64,000 nt of DNA. Origin: a phage. Of this stretch, positions 47,149 through 56,553 are shown piece by piece (position 1 is the stretch's first letter; each line of letters begins with the position of its first letter). The DNA is taken from sequence record OZ346175.1; one strand, 5' to 3'. The notes below the pieces were generated by a model, which worked only from the letters and a program-made list of their open reading frames with translations, ran no database searches and was not told where the DNA came from. The translations under genes and the position numbers were made by a program.

Positions 47149-49293
47149 ATGAACAAAGTACAGATTATTAAAAAGAATGGCTCACTCGAAGAACCTGATA
47201 TCAAAAAAGTTTTAGCAGCAGTCACAAAGTCAGCTAATAGGGTTGGGTATAAAGAACTTCCACCAGATGTTACCCAAGCTCTTGAGTCAGCATTTATGAG
47301 GATTCTGGTAAAATCTACTAAGCAGAATAATTTACTCATTTCAGTAAATGATATTCACAGTATTGTTGAGGGTGCTTTGGCAGAAGTCAATCACGAGATT
47401 TATGAGTCTTACTCAACATATAGAAATTACCGTAAAGAGGTTGCTCAAAATTGGGACGAGCTTTACCAAAAGACTAGGGATACACTCTTCTTAGGTGACC
47501 GTGAAAATGCTAACTTTGACAGTAGTTTAATTTCTACAAAAGGCTCAATTATTCGTGGTTACTTGACTAAAGAAATCTTTAAACAGTACCATTTAACACC
47601 AGAGGAACTTGAAGCCATTGAAAAAGGGTTTATCTACATCCATGACTTAAGAGACCTAATTTTTGGTGGTATCAACTGTTGCCTGTTTGACATCGGCAAA
47701 GTACTGAAAGGTGGCTTTGAAATGTCTGGTATCGAATATTGTGAACCAAAGTCTGTGCTGTCAGCCTTACAGGTTATTGGTGATGTAGTTCTTTCAGCAA
47801 CTGCACAGCAATTTGGTGGCTTTACTTTAGCAGAGATTGATAAGGTACTTGTGCCGTATGCTAAAAAATCTTTAGTGTACCACTCAGAGAAAGCTGAAGA
47901 GTACGGAATCCCTAAAGAGCAACACTATAATTACGTAATGGAGCAATTACAGAATGAGTTAACACAAGGTTTCCAATCTCTTGAAATGAAACTCAACACT
48001 GTTCCTTGCAGTCGCGGTGATTTTGCATTTACTACTCTGACATTTGGCCTGTTGGAACCAGATATGCACAATGAAGATAACCGTCTTCAGTTTATGATTG
48101 CTAATACAATCCTTAATGTAAGGATGAACGGGCAAGGGAAAAGCAAAAAACCTGTTGTTTTTCCTAAACTTGTGTATATCTATGAAGAGACAAGACATAA
48201 ACTTGATGTATGCCAAGCAAGGTTGTTTGAAAAAGCTATTGAGTGTTGCTCTAAAGCGATGTATCCAGATTTCTTAAGTGTATCTGGTCATGGTGCTGTA
48301 GCAGATGCTTTTGAGCGTTCTGGTAAGGTGATTTCACCGATGGGTTGCAGAGCTTTCTTGTCTCCATATCTTAACGAGAATGGGGAAGAGTTCTATGTAG
48401 GTCGTGCTAACATTGGTGCTGTATCTTTGAACTTGCCAATGATTTACCAGTATTCTAAAGAGAATGGTTTAGATTTCTGGAAAGAGCTTGATAAGTACCT
48501 AGAGATGATTCGCAGCTTCCACAAGAAACGCTACGAAATGATTGCTAATATGCCAGCAAGCTCTAACCCTCTTGCATTCACACAAGGTGGCCTGTACAAA
48601 GGGACTAAGAAATCTACCGACAAGGTTGGCTGGGATATCGTGAAGTCCTTCACAGCTTCTTTTGGAGTTACTGCGCTTGATGAGCTATCTGTTCTTGCTG
48701 AAGGTAAACGACTTCATGAAGTTGGGAGCTATAGTTTTGCATACGATGTTCTGGCATACATCAACATGAAGACTGAAGAGTTTAAAAATGAAGATGGCTT
48801 CTTATATGCAGTCTATGGCACTCCAGCAGAATCACTTTGTGGAACTCAGCTAAAACAGTTCAGAGATATGTTTGGCGTTATCAAAGGCGTTTCTGACAAG
48901 GAATACTTTACAAACAGTTTCCATATGAATGTTGCAGCAGATATTACACCATTTGAGAAGCAGGACTTAGAAGAGCCATTCTTCCATATCTGTAGAGGTG
49001 GCAGAATCCAGTATGTCAGGGTAGCTAACCCAGAAAACTTAACAGCACTTAAGAGTTGTATTACAAGAGGGATGTTGAAAGGTTTTTATCAGGGACTTAA
49101 CTTTGACCTAGCAATTTGTGAGCATTGTGGTAGCAGACCAAAGGCTGATGTTGAAGAATGTGAGGTTTGCCATTCACATGATATCTCTGTGATTAACAGG
49201 GTGTGTGGGTATCTTGGGTGGACTAAGATTAAAGGTGAATCACGAATGAACGATGCAAAAATTGCTGAGATTCGTGATAGAGTCTCTATGTAA
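47149..49293 (+). CDS. nrdD: anaerobic ribonucleoside-triphosphate reductase (class III)
   Basis: C-terminal glycyl-radical motif RVCGYLGW and zinc-ribbon-like CEHCG...CEVCH; 714 aa. Confidence 0.9.
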   Translation: MNKVQIIKKNGSLEEPDIKKVLAAVTKSANRVGYKELPPDVTQALESAFMRILVKSTKQNNLLISVNDIHSIVEGALAEVNHEIYESYSTYRNYRKEVAQNWDELYQKTRDTLFLGDRENANFDSSLISTKGSIIRGYLTKEIFKQYHLTPEELEAIEKGFIYIHDLRDLIFGGINCCLFDIGKVLKGGFEMSGIEYCEPKSVLSALQVIGDVVLSATAQQFGGFTLAEIDKVLVPYAKKSLVYHSEKAEEYGIPKEQHYNYVMEQLQNELTQGFQSLEMKLNTVPCSRGDFAFTTLTFGLLEPDMHNEDNRLQFMIANTILNVRMNGQGKSKKPVVFPKLVYIYEETRHKLDVCQARLFEKAIECCSKAMYPDFLSVSGHGAVADAFERSGKVISPMGCRAFLSPYLNENGEEFYVGRANIGAVSLNLPMIYQYSKENGLDFWKELDKYLEMIRSFHKKRYEMIANMPASSNPLAFTQGGLYKGTKKSTDKVGWDIVKSFTASFGVTALDELSVLAEGKRLHEVGSYSFAYDVLAYINMKTEEFKNEDGFLYAVYGTPAESLCGTQLKQFRDMFGVIKGVSDKEYFTNSFHMNVAADITPFEKQDLEEPFFHICRGGRIQYVRVANPENLTALKSCITRGMLKGFYQGLNFDLAICEHCGSRPKADVEECEVCHSHDISVINRVCGYLGWTKIKGESRMNDAKIAEIRDRVSM

Positions 49294-49301
49294 AACTTGA
49301 C

Positions 49302-49342
49302 AAGGTGGTGTGGGTCTTGGTAGGCTTACATCACCTTTTTAT
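49302..49342 (+). terminator. putative terminator / stem-loop after nrdD
   Basis: AAGGTG...CACCTT inverted repeat followed by TTTTTATT. Confidence 0.4.
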
Positions 49343-49446
49343 TGGGTGTTAGATATGGCAGATAGTATTGTTGGGTTGTTCATAGGTTCTGTCTTACTAG
49401 GGTTCTTTTTAGGACTCTCCTATTGTGAGTTGAGAGATAAGTTAAA

Positions 49447-49647
49447 ATGTTTAAAATACCAAAAACGTTGATACACATACTCCACATACTAATCTTCTTC
49501 TTTGGGGTTAGTGTTATGGTATGGGGTTTTTCAGACCCACAATGGAGTTTCGCATATCATGGTCAGATGGATTTATGGTCATGCTTCAAACCATTTTTAG
49601 GGTTAGCTATAGCATTCAGTGCATTGCCAACTAAGGTGAAATTATGA
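49447..49647 (+). CDS. small membrane protein
   Basis: 66 aa with hydrophobic segment ILHILIFFFGVSVMVWGF. Confidence 0.45.
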   Translation: MFKIPKTLIHILHILIFFFGVSVMVWGFSDPQWSFAYHGQMDLWSCFKPFLGLAIAFSALPTKVKL

Positions 49648-50039
49648 TTAAGTTGAACAAAAAACAGTTAGAGTGGATTAAAGATTACGCCTCAGAGTGT
49701 GGCTCTTGCGAAAAGAGTCACGTAAGATATTCAATATTCCATACAACCTTCACATTGTATATCAGTGACAACGTTCTAAGTGATTCCGTAGAAGACGGTG
49801 TAGCATTAACTAATGAGTTACTTGATAAACTAGCTGTAGTCACTGGAACTTGGTCTGAAGAAGACGGTCATGAATTATCTGACAATGTTGTCTTCTACAC
49901 CATTGAAAACATTATGAACCCAGAGTATATTGCACTCATGACTTGTGCACAAGACTGTGTGCTCTTACAAGACTTCATTAAAGAGCACTGTGAAGAGTTT
50001 ATTACTAAATATGTTCCTTGTCAGGTGGTGTTTGAATGA
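49644..50039 (+). CDS. hypothetical protein
   Basis: 131 aa ORF. Confidence 0.5.
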   Translation: MIKLNKKQLEWIKDYASECGSCEKSHVRYSIFHTTFTLYISDNVLSDSVEDGVALTNELLDKLAVVTGTWSEEDGHELSDNVVFYTIENIMNPEYIALMTCAQDCVLLQDFIKEHCEEFITKYVPCQVVFE

Positions 50040-50335
50040 GTAAAACAATTCGAAGAAAAGGTTTAAAGAACGTTCACGGACTCTATGAGTGGAGAAATGA
50101 GGTACGTAACAGAGAAAATGCTTCAGATGTCTACTTCCATTCTGATATGATGTCCAGAAAAGGTGGCTCTTATGACTTTACAAGTCAGCCTTGTAGAGAG
50201 ATTAAGAAGGTTACTAAACGTCTTACAAGAACACAAATCAGGCAGCTTTCTAAGACATCCTTCTTAGATGAGGACTTTGACATTGACAGCAAGTCTCCAA
50301 AGAAAGCTGCTCAGAACACTTATATGTATTGGTGA
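50036..50335 (+). CDS. hypothetical protein
   Basis: 99 aa ORF. Confidence 0.5.
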   Translation: MSKTIRRKGLKNVHGLYEWRNEVRNRENASDVYFHSDMMSRKGGSYDFTSQPCREIKKVTKRLTRTQIRQLSKTSFLDEDFDIDSKSPKKAAQNTYMYW

Positions 50336-50344
50336 GGTAACTAG

Positions 50345-50830
50345 ATGAATTACATGGAGATTAGGCCATTTGACACAGCTAATGGTGAAGGGGTTCGTGT
50401 AAGCCTCTTTGTAGCTGGTTGTAAGCATCACTGTGAAGGCTGCTTCAACAGGGAGTCTTGGAAGTTTAATGCTGGTAAAGAGTTTACTTATGCAAACCTC
50501 TACGGCATCATTAAGTTAATGGATGATGAGGCCATAAGTGGATTATCAATACTCGGTGGAGAACCTCTGGATGATAGAAATATTCGAGAGGTCACCAACA
50601 TTTGTAAACGTATTAAAACTGTTTACCCAGAAAAGTCTATCTGGCTCTGGACAGGTTTTCAGTTACACGAAAAAATTCACTTAGATGTGATGAAATATGT
50701 TGACGTAGTGATTGATGGTAAGTATGATTCATCTAAACCAACAGTTAAACCTTATCGTGGTTCTGATAACCAAACCCTCTGGAGAAAAGAGTATGGGTGG
50801 CAAGGTGATTGTCAATGGCGAGCAGAATGA
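50345..50830 (+). CDS. nrdG: anaerobic ribonucleotide reductase activating protein (radical SAM)
   Basis: CKHHCEGC (CX3CX2C) radical-SAM cluster motif; 161 aa; near nrdD. Confidence 0.8.
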   Translation: MNYMEIRPFDTANGEGVRVSLFVAGCKHHCEGCFNRESWKFNAGKEFTYANLYGIIKLMDDEAISGLSILGGEPLDDRNIREVTNICKRIKTVYPEKSIWLWTGFQLHEKIHLDVMKYVDVVIDGKYDSSKPTVKPYRGSDNQTLWRKEYGWQGDCQWRAE

Positions 50831-51068
50831 TTATTCTGGCAAGTGGACTTACGACATCAACAAGTTAGATGCTTGGATGATTTATACAAGAGAAAAATTT
50901 GGCGAACGTTCATTATGTGCTCTTGCAACAATGGTGAAGAACGTTACCTTTGTCATTCATGAATCAGATAAGTTTGGAGACTTCTACAGGATTCAAAACA
51001 TTAGAGAAGGTATAACTCCAATCGGTATCACTGAAGAAGAACTCCATAAGTTCTGTATTAAACTTTAA
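50793..51068 (+). CDS. hypothetical protein
   Basis: Start set at ATG 50793 with GGAGAA SD (track start 50712 overlaps nrdG). Confidence 0.45.
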   Translation: MGGKVIVNGEQNDYSGKWTYDINKLDAWMIYTREKFGERSLCALATMVKNVTFVIHESDKFGDFYRIQNIREGITPIGITEEELHKFCIKL

Positions 51069-51083
51069 TGAGAGAGACTAAAA

Positions 51084-51350
51084 ATGGGAATTTTAGGTAA
51101 TATGAAAGCTGGCTTCTTGAAGGCACTGGCAAAAGCAGCAGCAATCATTTCTATGACTGGAAAGCAGGTTGGTGTAGATGCTTCAGCAATTGCACAGGTT
51201 CTTGCAAGCCAAATTGAACAGCAGCCTTACATCCACGTTGGACGTGGCAAAGGTGGTAAGAAACAAGCACATCGACCAACTGGTGCAGCAGCAATTAAAC
51301 GTGCAGCTAAAAAAGCTCGTAACCGTAAACGTAATAAGAAGGCTAAATAA
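51084..51350 (+). CDS. hypothetical protein with basic C-terminal tail
   Basis: 88 aa; C-terminus KRAAKKARNRKRNKKAK. Confidence 0.5.
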   Translation: MGILGNMKAGFLKALAKAAAIISMTGKQVGVDASAIAQVLASQIEQQPYIHVGRGKGGKKQAHRPTGAAAIKRAAKKARNRKRNKKAK

Positions 51351-51352
51351 TC

Positions 51353-51673
51353 ATGAGCAAAGTTTATAACACTCGTAAATTACAGATTTTCGTACTGTGC
51401 CAGTTTATGGCTAAAGAGTATAACTACTACTACTGTGGTACAGGGTTCATCAGCGATGATGACGGTTCATACCTACCATTTAAAGAAGCTGTGAAGCTCT
51501 TTAATGAAGAGAAAAACTCTAAGAAAGATATTGAAAAGGTTAAGCTAACCTACAGCAAGAAAGATAAGAAGATTATCTGCCTAGATAACTTTGTAAAAGT
51601 TACTGGAGAAGCAAAAGAGTTTATGGATGAGAGTGAGATTTCATTCACAAGCATCTTGAAAGTAGCTCAGTAA
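51353..51673 (+). CDS. hypothetical protein
   Basis: 106 aa ORF. Confidence 0.5.
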   Translation: MSKVYNTRKLQIFVLCQFMAKEYNYYYCGTGFISDDDGSYLPFKEAVKLFNEEKNSKKDIEKVKLTYSKKDKKIICLDNFVKVTGEAKEFMDESEISFTSILKVAQ

Positions 51674-51685
51674 ACAGATACTATA

Positions 51686-51710
51686 AGGGAACTGTAAAGG
51701 TTCCCTTTTT
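51686..51710 (+). terminator. rho-independent terminator
   Basis: AGGGAAC-TGTAAA-GGTTCCCT hairpin plus TTTTT. Confidence 0.65.
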
Positions 51711-51724
51711 ATTTTGGAGATAAT

Positions 51725-52240
51725 ATGTACCTGTCAAATCTGAAACGTTCTGCTGCAATGTCAGTGTTAAGACTCAGTTTTGAGGAACGTCAAGAGTTCA
51801 TTGACTCCCACCAATACGACCCTTCTAACTCCAATCACATGATTCTCTGGAATCGTGACAGTACTCGTGAAAGAGCACTATTCCGTTACTACCCACATTA
51901 CACCATAGACAAATTGTATGAATGTTTTGTTGTGAAGAACACCATTACAGTACTCAATAAACTTTGCAGATACACAGGTAGTCAATCCTTCACATTAGGC
52001 CACCACAAACCCGTTACAAAGGGTGGTGAGCATCACTGTGCAAACTGGTTTATCCAGACTAAACTTGATAACCAGAAGCAAGGGGATAACCTCCTAAGCA
52101 CACCTAAGATGACCTATGAAGAGCAAGAGAAATATATCAAAAATAATATGCCAGATGTGCTTGACAACAACTATACAGATTTGGCAATATCTCTCCTGTT
52201 GAAGTTCGAGACAGTTTATAGGGCAACTTACAATGGCTAA
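51725..52240 (+). CDS. HNH-like nuclease domain protein (putative)
   Basis: LGHHKPVTKGGEHHCANWFIQTKLDNQ resembles HNH core. Confidence 0.45.
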   Translation: MYLSNLKRSAAMSVLRLSFEERQEFIDSHQYDPSNSNHMILWNRDSTRERALFRYYPHYTIDKLYECFVVKNTITVLNKLCRYTGSQSFTLGHHKPVTKGGEHHCANWFIQTKLDNQKQGDNLLSTPKMTYEEQEKYIKNNMPDVLDNNYTDLAISLLLKFETVYRATYNG

Positions 52241-52511
52241 AGAGAAGTGGGAGATTTTACCATTAGTCAGTGAAGGCGGTAATGGTTGTGAAATGTACAT
52301 GATACGTGGGCATGTTCCAGAACCAATTGCACTTGAGATGGTAAACAACTTTACAGATGGCTCTTACAAAGACTTAGGGGAGCCAAATATAAAGCAGCAA
52401 TGGGTAAAGCCTGTACCAGACAGCACAGGTAACTGTAGTGTACTTTATCACGTTGTAGACCCTGCAAAATGCAAATCTGCAATGGCAGTAACAAACGTAA
52501 CTTTTGATTGA
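52233..52511 (+). CDS. hypothetical protein
   Basis: 92 aa ORF translationally coupled to downstream PRS-like gene. Confidence 0.5.
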   Translation: MAKEKWEILPLVSEGGNGCEMYMIRGHVPEPIALEMVNNFTDGSYKDLGEPNIKQQWVKPVPDSTGNCSVLYHVVDPAKCKSAMAVTNVTFD

Positions 52512-53404
52512 GAGAGAAAACTATGAAAACTGTTATTGAAGCCGTCGTCACCGCTCAAGAGAAATTCTTCCACACAGAAAAATTTAATATCATTCAATTC
52601 CCATCTGGAGAGATTGGTGGAAACTTCTCTGAAGATTTTGTTAAGTTTACTGAGCGTAATGCTGGTAAGATTGATAATGTTATAATTACTGTACAGGGAT
52701 ATGACAAAGATACACTGTTTGCATTAGCTTTGGCTAAGGATGCCGTTGACAGTCTTGTTCCCCAGAAATCAGCGATGAAAACCGTTGTTTTCGGGTTCTT
52801 ACCAAATGCTCGATATGACCGCCACATGTTCAAAGGTGATGCAGCAGCACTGAAAGTCTTTGCCAACCTAGTTAATGCAATGGGTTTTGATGCAGTATGT
52901 GCTCTTGACCCTCACAGTAATGTTGCAGAAAACTTATTTAAGTGCTTTCAAAGCATGAAGCAAAAAGATGTGGCAGTACACTTTGCAAGTGACCCACGCA
53001 TTGATTTCTTGGTAGCCCCAGATGCAGGTGCAGCTAAGAAGACTGAAGATACCGCTAAAGAGGTGGATAAACCGTATATCACAATGTCTAAGGTGCGCAA
53101 TCTTAAGACTGGAGAAATCACTGGTATGCGAATCCTTGACGATGTTGATTTGACCGATAAAACTGTCATGATTCTTGATGATATCTGTGATGGTGGTCGA
53201 ACCTTCGTAGAGGCAGCTAAACACCTACGTGAAGCAGGTGCAAAACGTGTGGAACTCTATGTAACTCATGGTATTTTCTCTAAAGGTGTTGAAAACTTGC
53301 TTGACAACGGTATTGACCATATCTACACTACAAACACTTTAGGTGAAGCTAAAGACCGTGGCTTAACACATTACGCCCAAGTTACTGTAGCAACCATTGA
53401 TTGA
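52508..53404 (+). CDS. PRPP synthetase-family protein (ribose-phosphate pyrophosphokinase-like; candidate ADPR-PP synthetase Adps)
   Basis: Phosphoribosyltransferase-type motif VMILDDICDGGRT; 298 aa; adjacent to NAMPT-family gene. Confidence 0.8.
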   Translation: MREKTMKTVIEAVVTAQEKFFHTEKFNIIQFPSGEIGGNFSEDFVKFTERNAGKIDNVIITVQGYDKDTLFALALAKDAVDSLVPQKSAMKTVVFGFLPNARYDRHMFKGDAAALKVFANLVNAMGFDAVCALDPHSNVAENLFKCFQSMKQKDVAVHFASDPRIDFLVAPDAGAAKKTEDTAKEVDKPYITMSKVRNLKTGEITGMRILDDVDLTDKTVMILDDICDGGRTFVEAAKHLREAGAKRVELYVTHGIFSKGVENLLDNGIDHIYTTNTLGEAKDRGLTHYAQVTVATID

Positions 53405-53413
53405 AACTTTATA

Positions 53414-53434
53414 GGGGCTTGAAAGCCCCATTTT
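53414..53434 (+). terminator. weak terminator/attenuator hairpin
   Basis: GGGGCT-TGAA-AGCCCC hairpin followed by ATTTT. Confidence 0.45.
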
Positions 53435-53449
53435 GAGAGAGATTAAAAG

Positions 53450-55231
53450 ATGACTAAATCGCTTTACGCAGTACCAGCAGGTTTAAACGCAGATGCTTAC
53501 AAATCTGGTCATGTTTACCAGTACCCTAGTGCAACAGAATACTTGATGTTCAACCTGACACCACGTAGTGACAAATGGTTTAACAGCCCCTTAGCAATTG
53601 ATGGTGTAGTAGCTTTTGGTATTCAACGTTTCGTTAAAGATTACCTGATAGACCACTGGAACGCCACTTTCTTTGAACGTGATAAAAAAGAAGCAGTTGA
53701 CGAAATCTTAGAAGTCATGAATGGTGTTCTGGGTAAAGATGCTATTGGTCGAGAGCATTGGGAAGCACTTCACGATTTAGGCTATCTACCAGTTGAAGTA
53801 TACGCTGTAGAAGAAGGTACAGTTGTTCCTATGCGTGTTCCAATGATTGTCTTCCAGAACACTGTTTCAGGTTTCCATTGGGTAGCAGGTTATCTGGAAG
53901 ATGCTTTCTCTGCTGAGATTTGGAAGACTTGCACCATTGCAACTATTGCATTGCACTACAAACGTATCTGTAAGAAGTGGGCTGACCTTACTTGCGACAA
54001 TGACTTACATTTACCTTATCAGTGCCATGACTTTGCTATGCGTGGTATGTCCGGCTTTACCGATGACGCATTTAATGCTGTAGGTCACTTAACCAGCTTT
54101 AAAGGAACTGATAGCTTCCCTGCTGTATACACGGCTAAACGCATCTATGGACAGTCTTACCCAATTTCTGATATTGGTAGTTCTGTACCAGCCACTGAAC
54201 ACTCTGTAATGTGTGCAAACATTGCTTGGGAAGGTGGTAATGAATTGATTGAAGAGGAAAGACGCTTTAAAGGTGAGTTGCAAACCTTCCGTCGTTTCTT
54301 AACAGAAACTTACCCAACTGGTATTGCAAGTATTGTTTCAGATACTTATAACTTCTGGAGAACTGTGTCAGAAATCTTACCAGCACTTCGTAAAGAAATT
54401 ATGGAACGTGATGGTAAGCTGGTAATTCGCCCTGACTCTGGAGACCCTGTACATATTGTCACAGGCTATAAAGCAATCCACTTAGAGTGTGCTAAGAAGG
54501 CTTATTATGAGCACATAAGCAAGCTGGAAGCTAGTGACACAATGTTGAATGCTGTTCTGAACATGAAGCTTGAAAACATCAACTATGGTATTGCTGGATG
54601 GCTACTGTCAGAAGGCTACGAAATGGTTGTTGACAGAGAAGACTTTGAAGTTGCTGATACAGTGATGTTGAAAAATGCTTATATGGTTGGCTCTGCAAAC
54701 GTTGTAACACGTCCTGTAGCAGAGATTGATGGAGCTATTAAGACCCTGTACAACATCTTCGGAGGGACTATTAACTCTAAAGGGTTTAAGGTACTGGATG
54801 AGCACATCGGCCTTATCTATGGTGACTCTATCACGCTGGAACGTGCAAACGAAATCCTGAAGCGTCTGTATGAAATGGGTTTTGCAAGCTCTAACGTAGT
54901 GTTTGGTGTAGGCTCTTACACTTACCAGTACATGACTCGTGACACCTTTGCATTTGCTGTCAAAGCAACTCTTGCAAGCATTGGTGGTAAAGAGATTATG
55001 CTTGCAAAAGACCCTAAAACAGATAGTGGTGTTAAGAAATCTGCCTTTGGTGGTGTAGCACCTATGTGGGATGGTGATAAGCTGAAAGCTGTAGATGGCT
55101 ATGGATTCCAGAGTTTTGCAGATGTACTTGACCACCAAGCTTGTGCTTTACGTTTAGTCTTTAGCGACTCTGAGCAGTTCGGTTATACAACTCTTGGAGA
55201 TATTCGAAATAATATTGACAAGCAGCTTTAA
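53450..55231 (+). CDS. nicotinamide phosphoribosyltransferase-family protein (NAMPT-like; candidate Namat)
   Basis: N-terminal DAYKSGH (cf. NAMPT DSYKVTH); 593 aa. Confidence 0.8.
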   Translation: MTKSLYAVPAGLNADAYKSGHVYQYPSATEYLMFNLTPRSDKWFNSPLAIDGVVAFGIQRFVKDYLIDHWNATFFERDKKEAVDEILEVMNGVLGKDAIGREHWEALHDLGYLPVEVYAVEEGTVVPMRVPMIVFQNTVSGFHWVAGYLEDAFSAEIWKTCTIATIALHYKRICKKWADLTCDNDLHLPYQCHDFAMRGMSGFTDDAFNAVGHLTSFKGTDSFPAVYTAKRIYGQSYPISDIGSSVPATEHSVMCANIAWEGGNELIEEERRFKGELQTFRRFLTETYPTGIASIVSDTYNFWRTVSEILPALRKEIMERDGKLVIRPDSGDPVHIVTGYKAIHLECAKKAYYEHISKLEASDTMLNAVLNMKLENINYGIAGWLLSEGYEMVVDREDFEVADTVMLKNAYMVGSANVVTRPVAEIDGAIKTLYNIFGGTINSKGFKVLDEHIGLIYGDSITLERANEILKRLYEMGFASSNVVFGVGSYTYQYMTRDTFAFAVKATLASIGGKEIMLAKDPKTDSGVKKSAFGGVAPMWDGDKLKAVDGYGFQSFADVLDHQACALRLVFSDSEQFGYTTLGDIRNNIDKQL

Positions 55232-55245
55232 AAGTATATGATAAG

Positions 55246-55267
55246 AGGCTCCTACGGGAGCCTTTTT
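55246..55267 (+). terminator. rho-independent terminator
   Basis: AGGCTCC-TACG-GGAGCCT hairpin plus TTTTT. Confidence 0.7.
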
Positions 55268-55284
55268 AATTTCTGGAGAAGATT

Positions 55285-55620
55285 ATGAAAATCAAAGAAA
55301 TGAACATTAACGTTGTCCTAGAAGAACGTTGGGAGAACATTAAGAAACCTGAAGATGGTAAAAAGTTCCTTAACAAAATTTTAGTAGCAGCTAAAGAAGA
55401 ACTGACTGGCAAGATTGCAGCAGCAATCACAATAAAAATCTGTGTAAAAGGTCTTCCACAACATCACCAATTTGCACTTGACGAGTTTAAAGGAAGCTTC
55501 TACAATCCAAACAAACAGATGCTTGAAAGTAACTTTGCAGTGTCTACAAGTATCGTTCATGACAGAAGCTTTATCCTTTACAAGAATATGAGAGGTGAGT
55601 CATGCAAGCATATTGGATAG
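55285..55620 (+). CDS. hypothetical protein
   Basis: 111 aa ORF. Confidence 0.5.
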   Translation: MKIKEMNINVVLEERWENIKKPEDGKKFLNKILVAAKEELTGKIAAAITIKICVKGLPQHHQFALDEFKGSFYNPNKQMLESNFAVSTSIVHDRSFILYKNMRGESCKHIG

Positions 55621-55778
55621 AAATTTTACTGTCACTCGGTAGTGTAGCAGTCCTTGTTTATCTTCTTTGTAAGTACTTTGCAGAACACAAGAAGTGTGAC
55701 TACTGTAACGGAGAAGGGTATACAAGAGCAGGTTGTTGCCCTATGTGTGGTGGTTCTGGTAAAATGTTTAATAAGTAA
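55602..55778 (+). CDS. small membrane protein with DnaJ-type zinc-finger repeats (58 aa)
   Basis: SD GAGGTGA; hydrophobic N-terminus ILLSLGSVAVLVYLL then two CxxCxGxG motifs (CDYCNGEG, CPMCGGSG); below ORF-track cutoff. Confidence 0.45.
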   Translation: MQAYWIEILLSLGSVAVLVYLLCKYFAEHKKCDYCNGEGYTRAGCCPMCGGSGKMFNK

Positions 55779-55806
55779 TTTAACAGTAAACTAAGAGGAA
55801 AGTATT

Positions 55807-56553
55807 ATGCGCATGGTAAATGACCACGCAGAAGTGATTAAGAGTTCAACTTCTTTAGAGACGTCTCAAGCACAGATTACAATGACACCTGAGATGTTCA
55901 GCCTTTTGAGTTCTGGTGTATACACCTTTAAAGAAAGGGCAGTGATTCGTGAACTGTCATGTAACGCAGTAGATGCTCAGAAAGAAGCTGGAAAAGAGAA
56001 CATCCCATTCCATGTGCATTTACCTACTCGTTTTGAGCCTTACTTCGAAGTTCGTGATTTTGGAACTGGATTGACTCATGATAAAGTAATGAGTTTGTAT
56101 CTGAACTATGGGGCTTCTACGAAGAATGACTCCAATGATTACATTGGTGCAATGGGTATCGGCTCAAAATCCCCATTTGCAATTGCTCAGTCATTCACAG
56201 TATCTAGCTATGTTGATGGTGTTGTTAATAAGTACTCTGTTTACCTTGAGAATGGTATCCCTCAAGTAACTAAGCTTACTACCAACCCAACAAATGAACC
56301 CAATGGTTTAGCTGTACGTGTGGCAGTTGCTGACCATCGTATTTCAAAGTTCTTTGAAGAGGCTGGTCACGTATACTCATACTTTGCTGTAAAACCAGAA
56401 AGTAACATTGTATATGATGATGTATTAGCAGATATGAATGTCATTGCCCGTGAAGAGGGTGTTTATGATGCTATGATTCATAAGCAAAGCTGGCGTTCTA
56501 GTGGCAACAGGACAGAGTTTAATGTGGTGATGGGTAATATTGCCACCCAGTGA
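55807..56553 (+). CDS. rIIA: rIIA-like protein, N-terminal GHKL ATPase part
   Basis: Bergerat-fold motifs: N-box ELSCNAVDAQ, G1 VRDFGTGL, G2 GAMGIGSKSPF; 248 aa ending in TGA. Confidence 0.5.
   Translation: MRMVNDHAEVIKSSTSLETSQAQITMTPEMFSLLSSGVYTFKERAVIRELSCNAVDAQKEAGKENIPFHVHLPTRFEPYFEVRDFGTGLTHDKVMSLYLNYGASTKNDSNDYIGAMGIGSKSPFAIAQSFTVSSYVDGVVNKYSVYLENGIPQVTKLTTNPTNEPNGLAVRVAVADHRISKFFEEAGHVYSYFAVKPESNIVYDDVLADMNVIAREEGVYDAMIHKQSWRSSGNRTEFNVVMGNIATQ

Noticed and set aside
47097-47339. 80-aa - strand ORF
   Set aside because: Overlaps a + strand terminator and the start of nrdD in antisense; chance ORF.
49355-49471. 38-aa hydrophobic ORF upstream of and overlapping the 49447 membrane ORF
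   Set aside because: Weak SD and overlap with a better-supported ORF in another frame; insufficient support.
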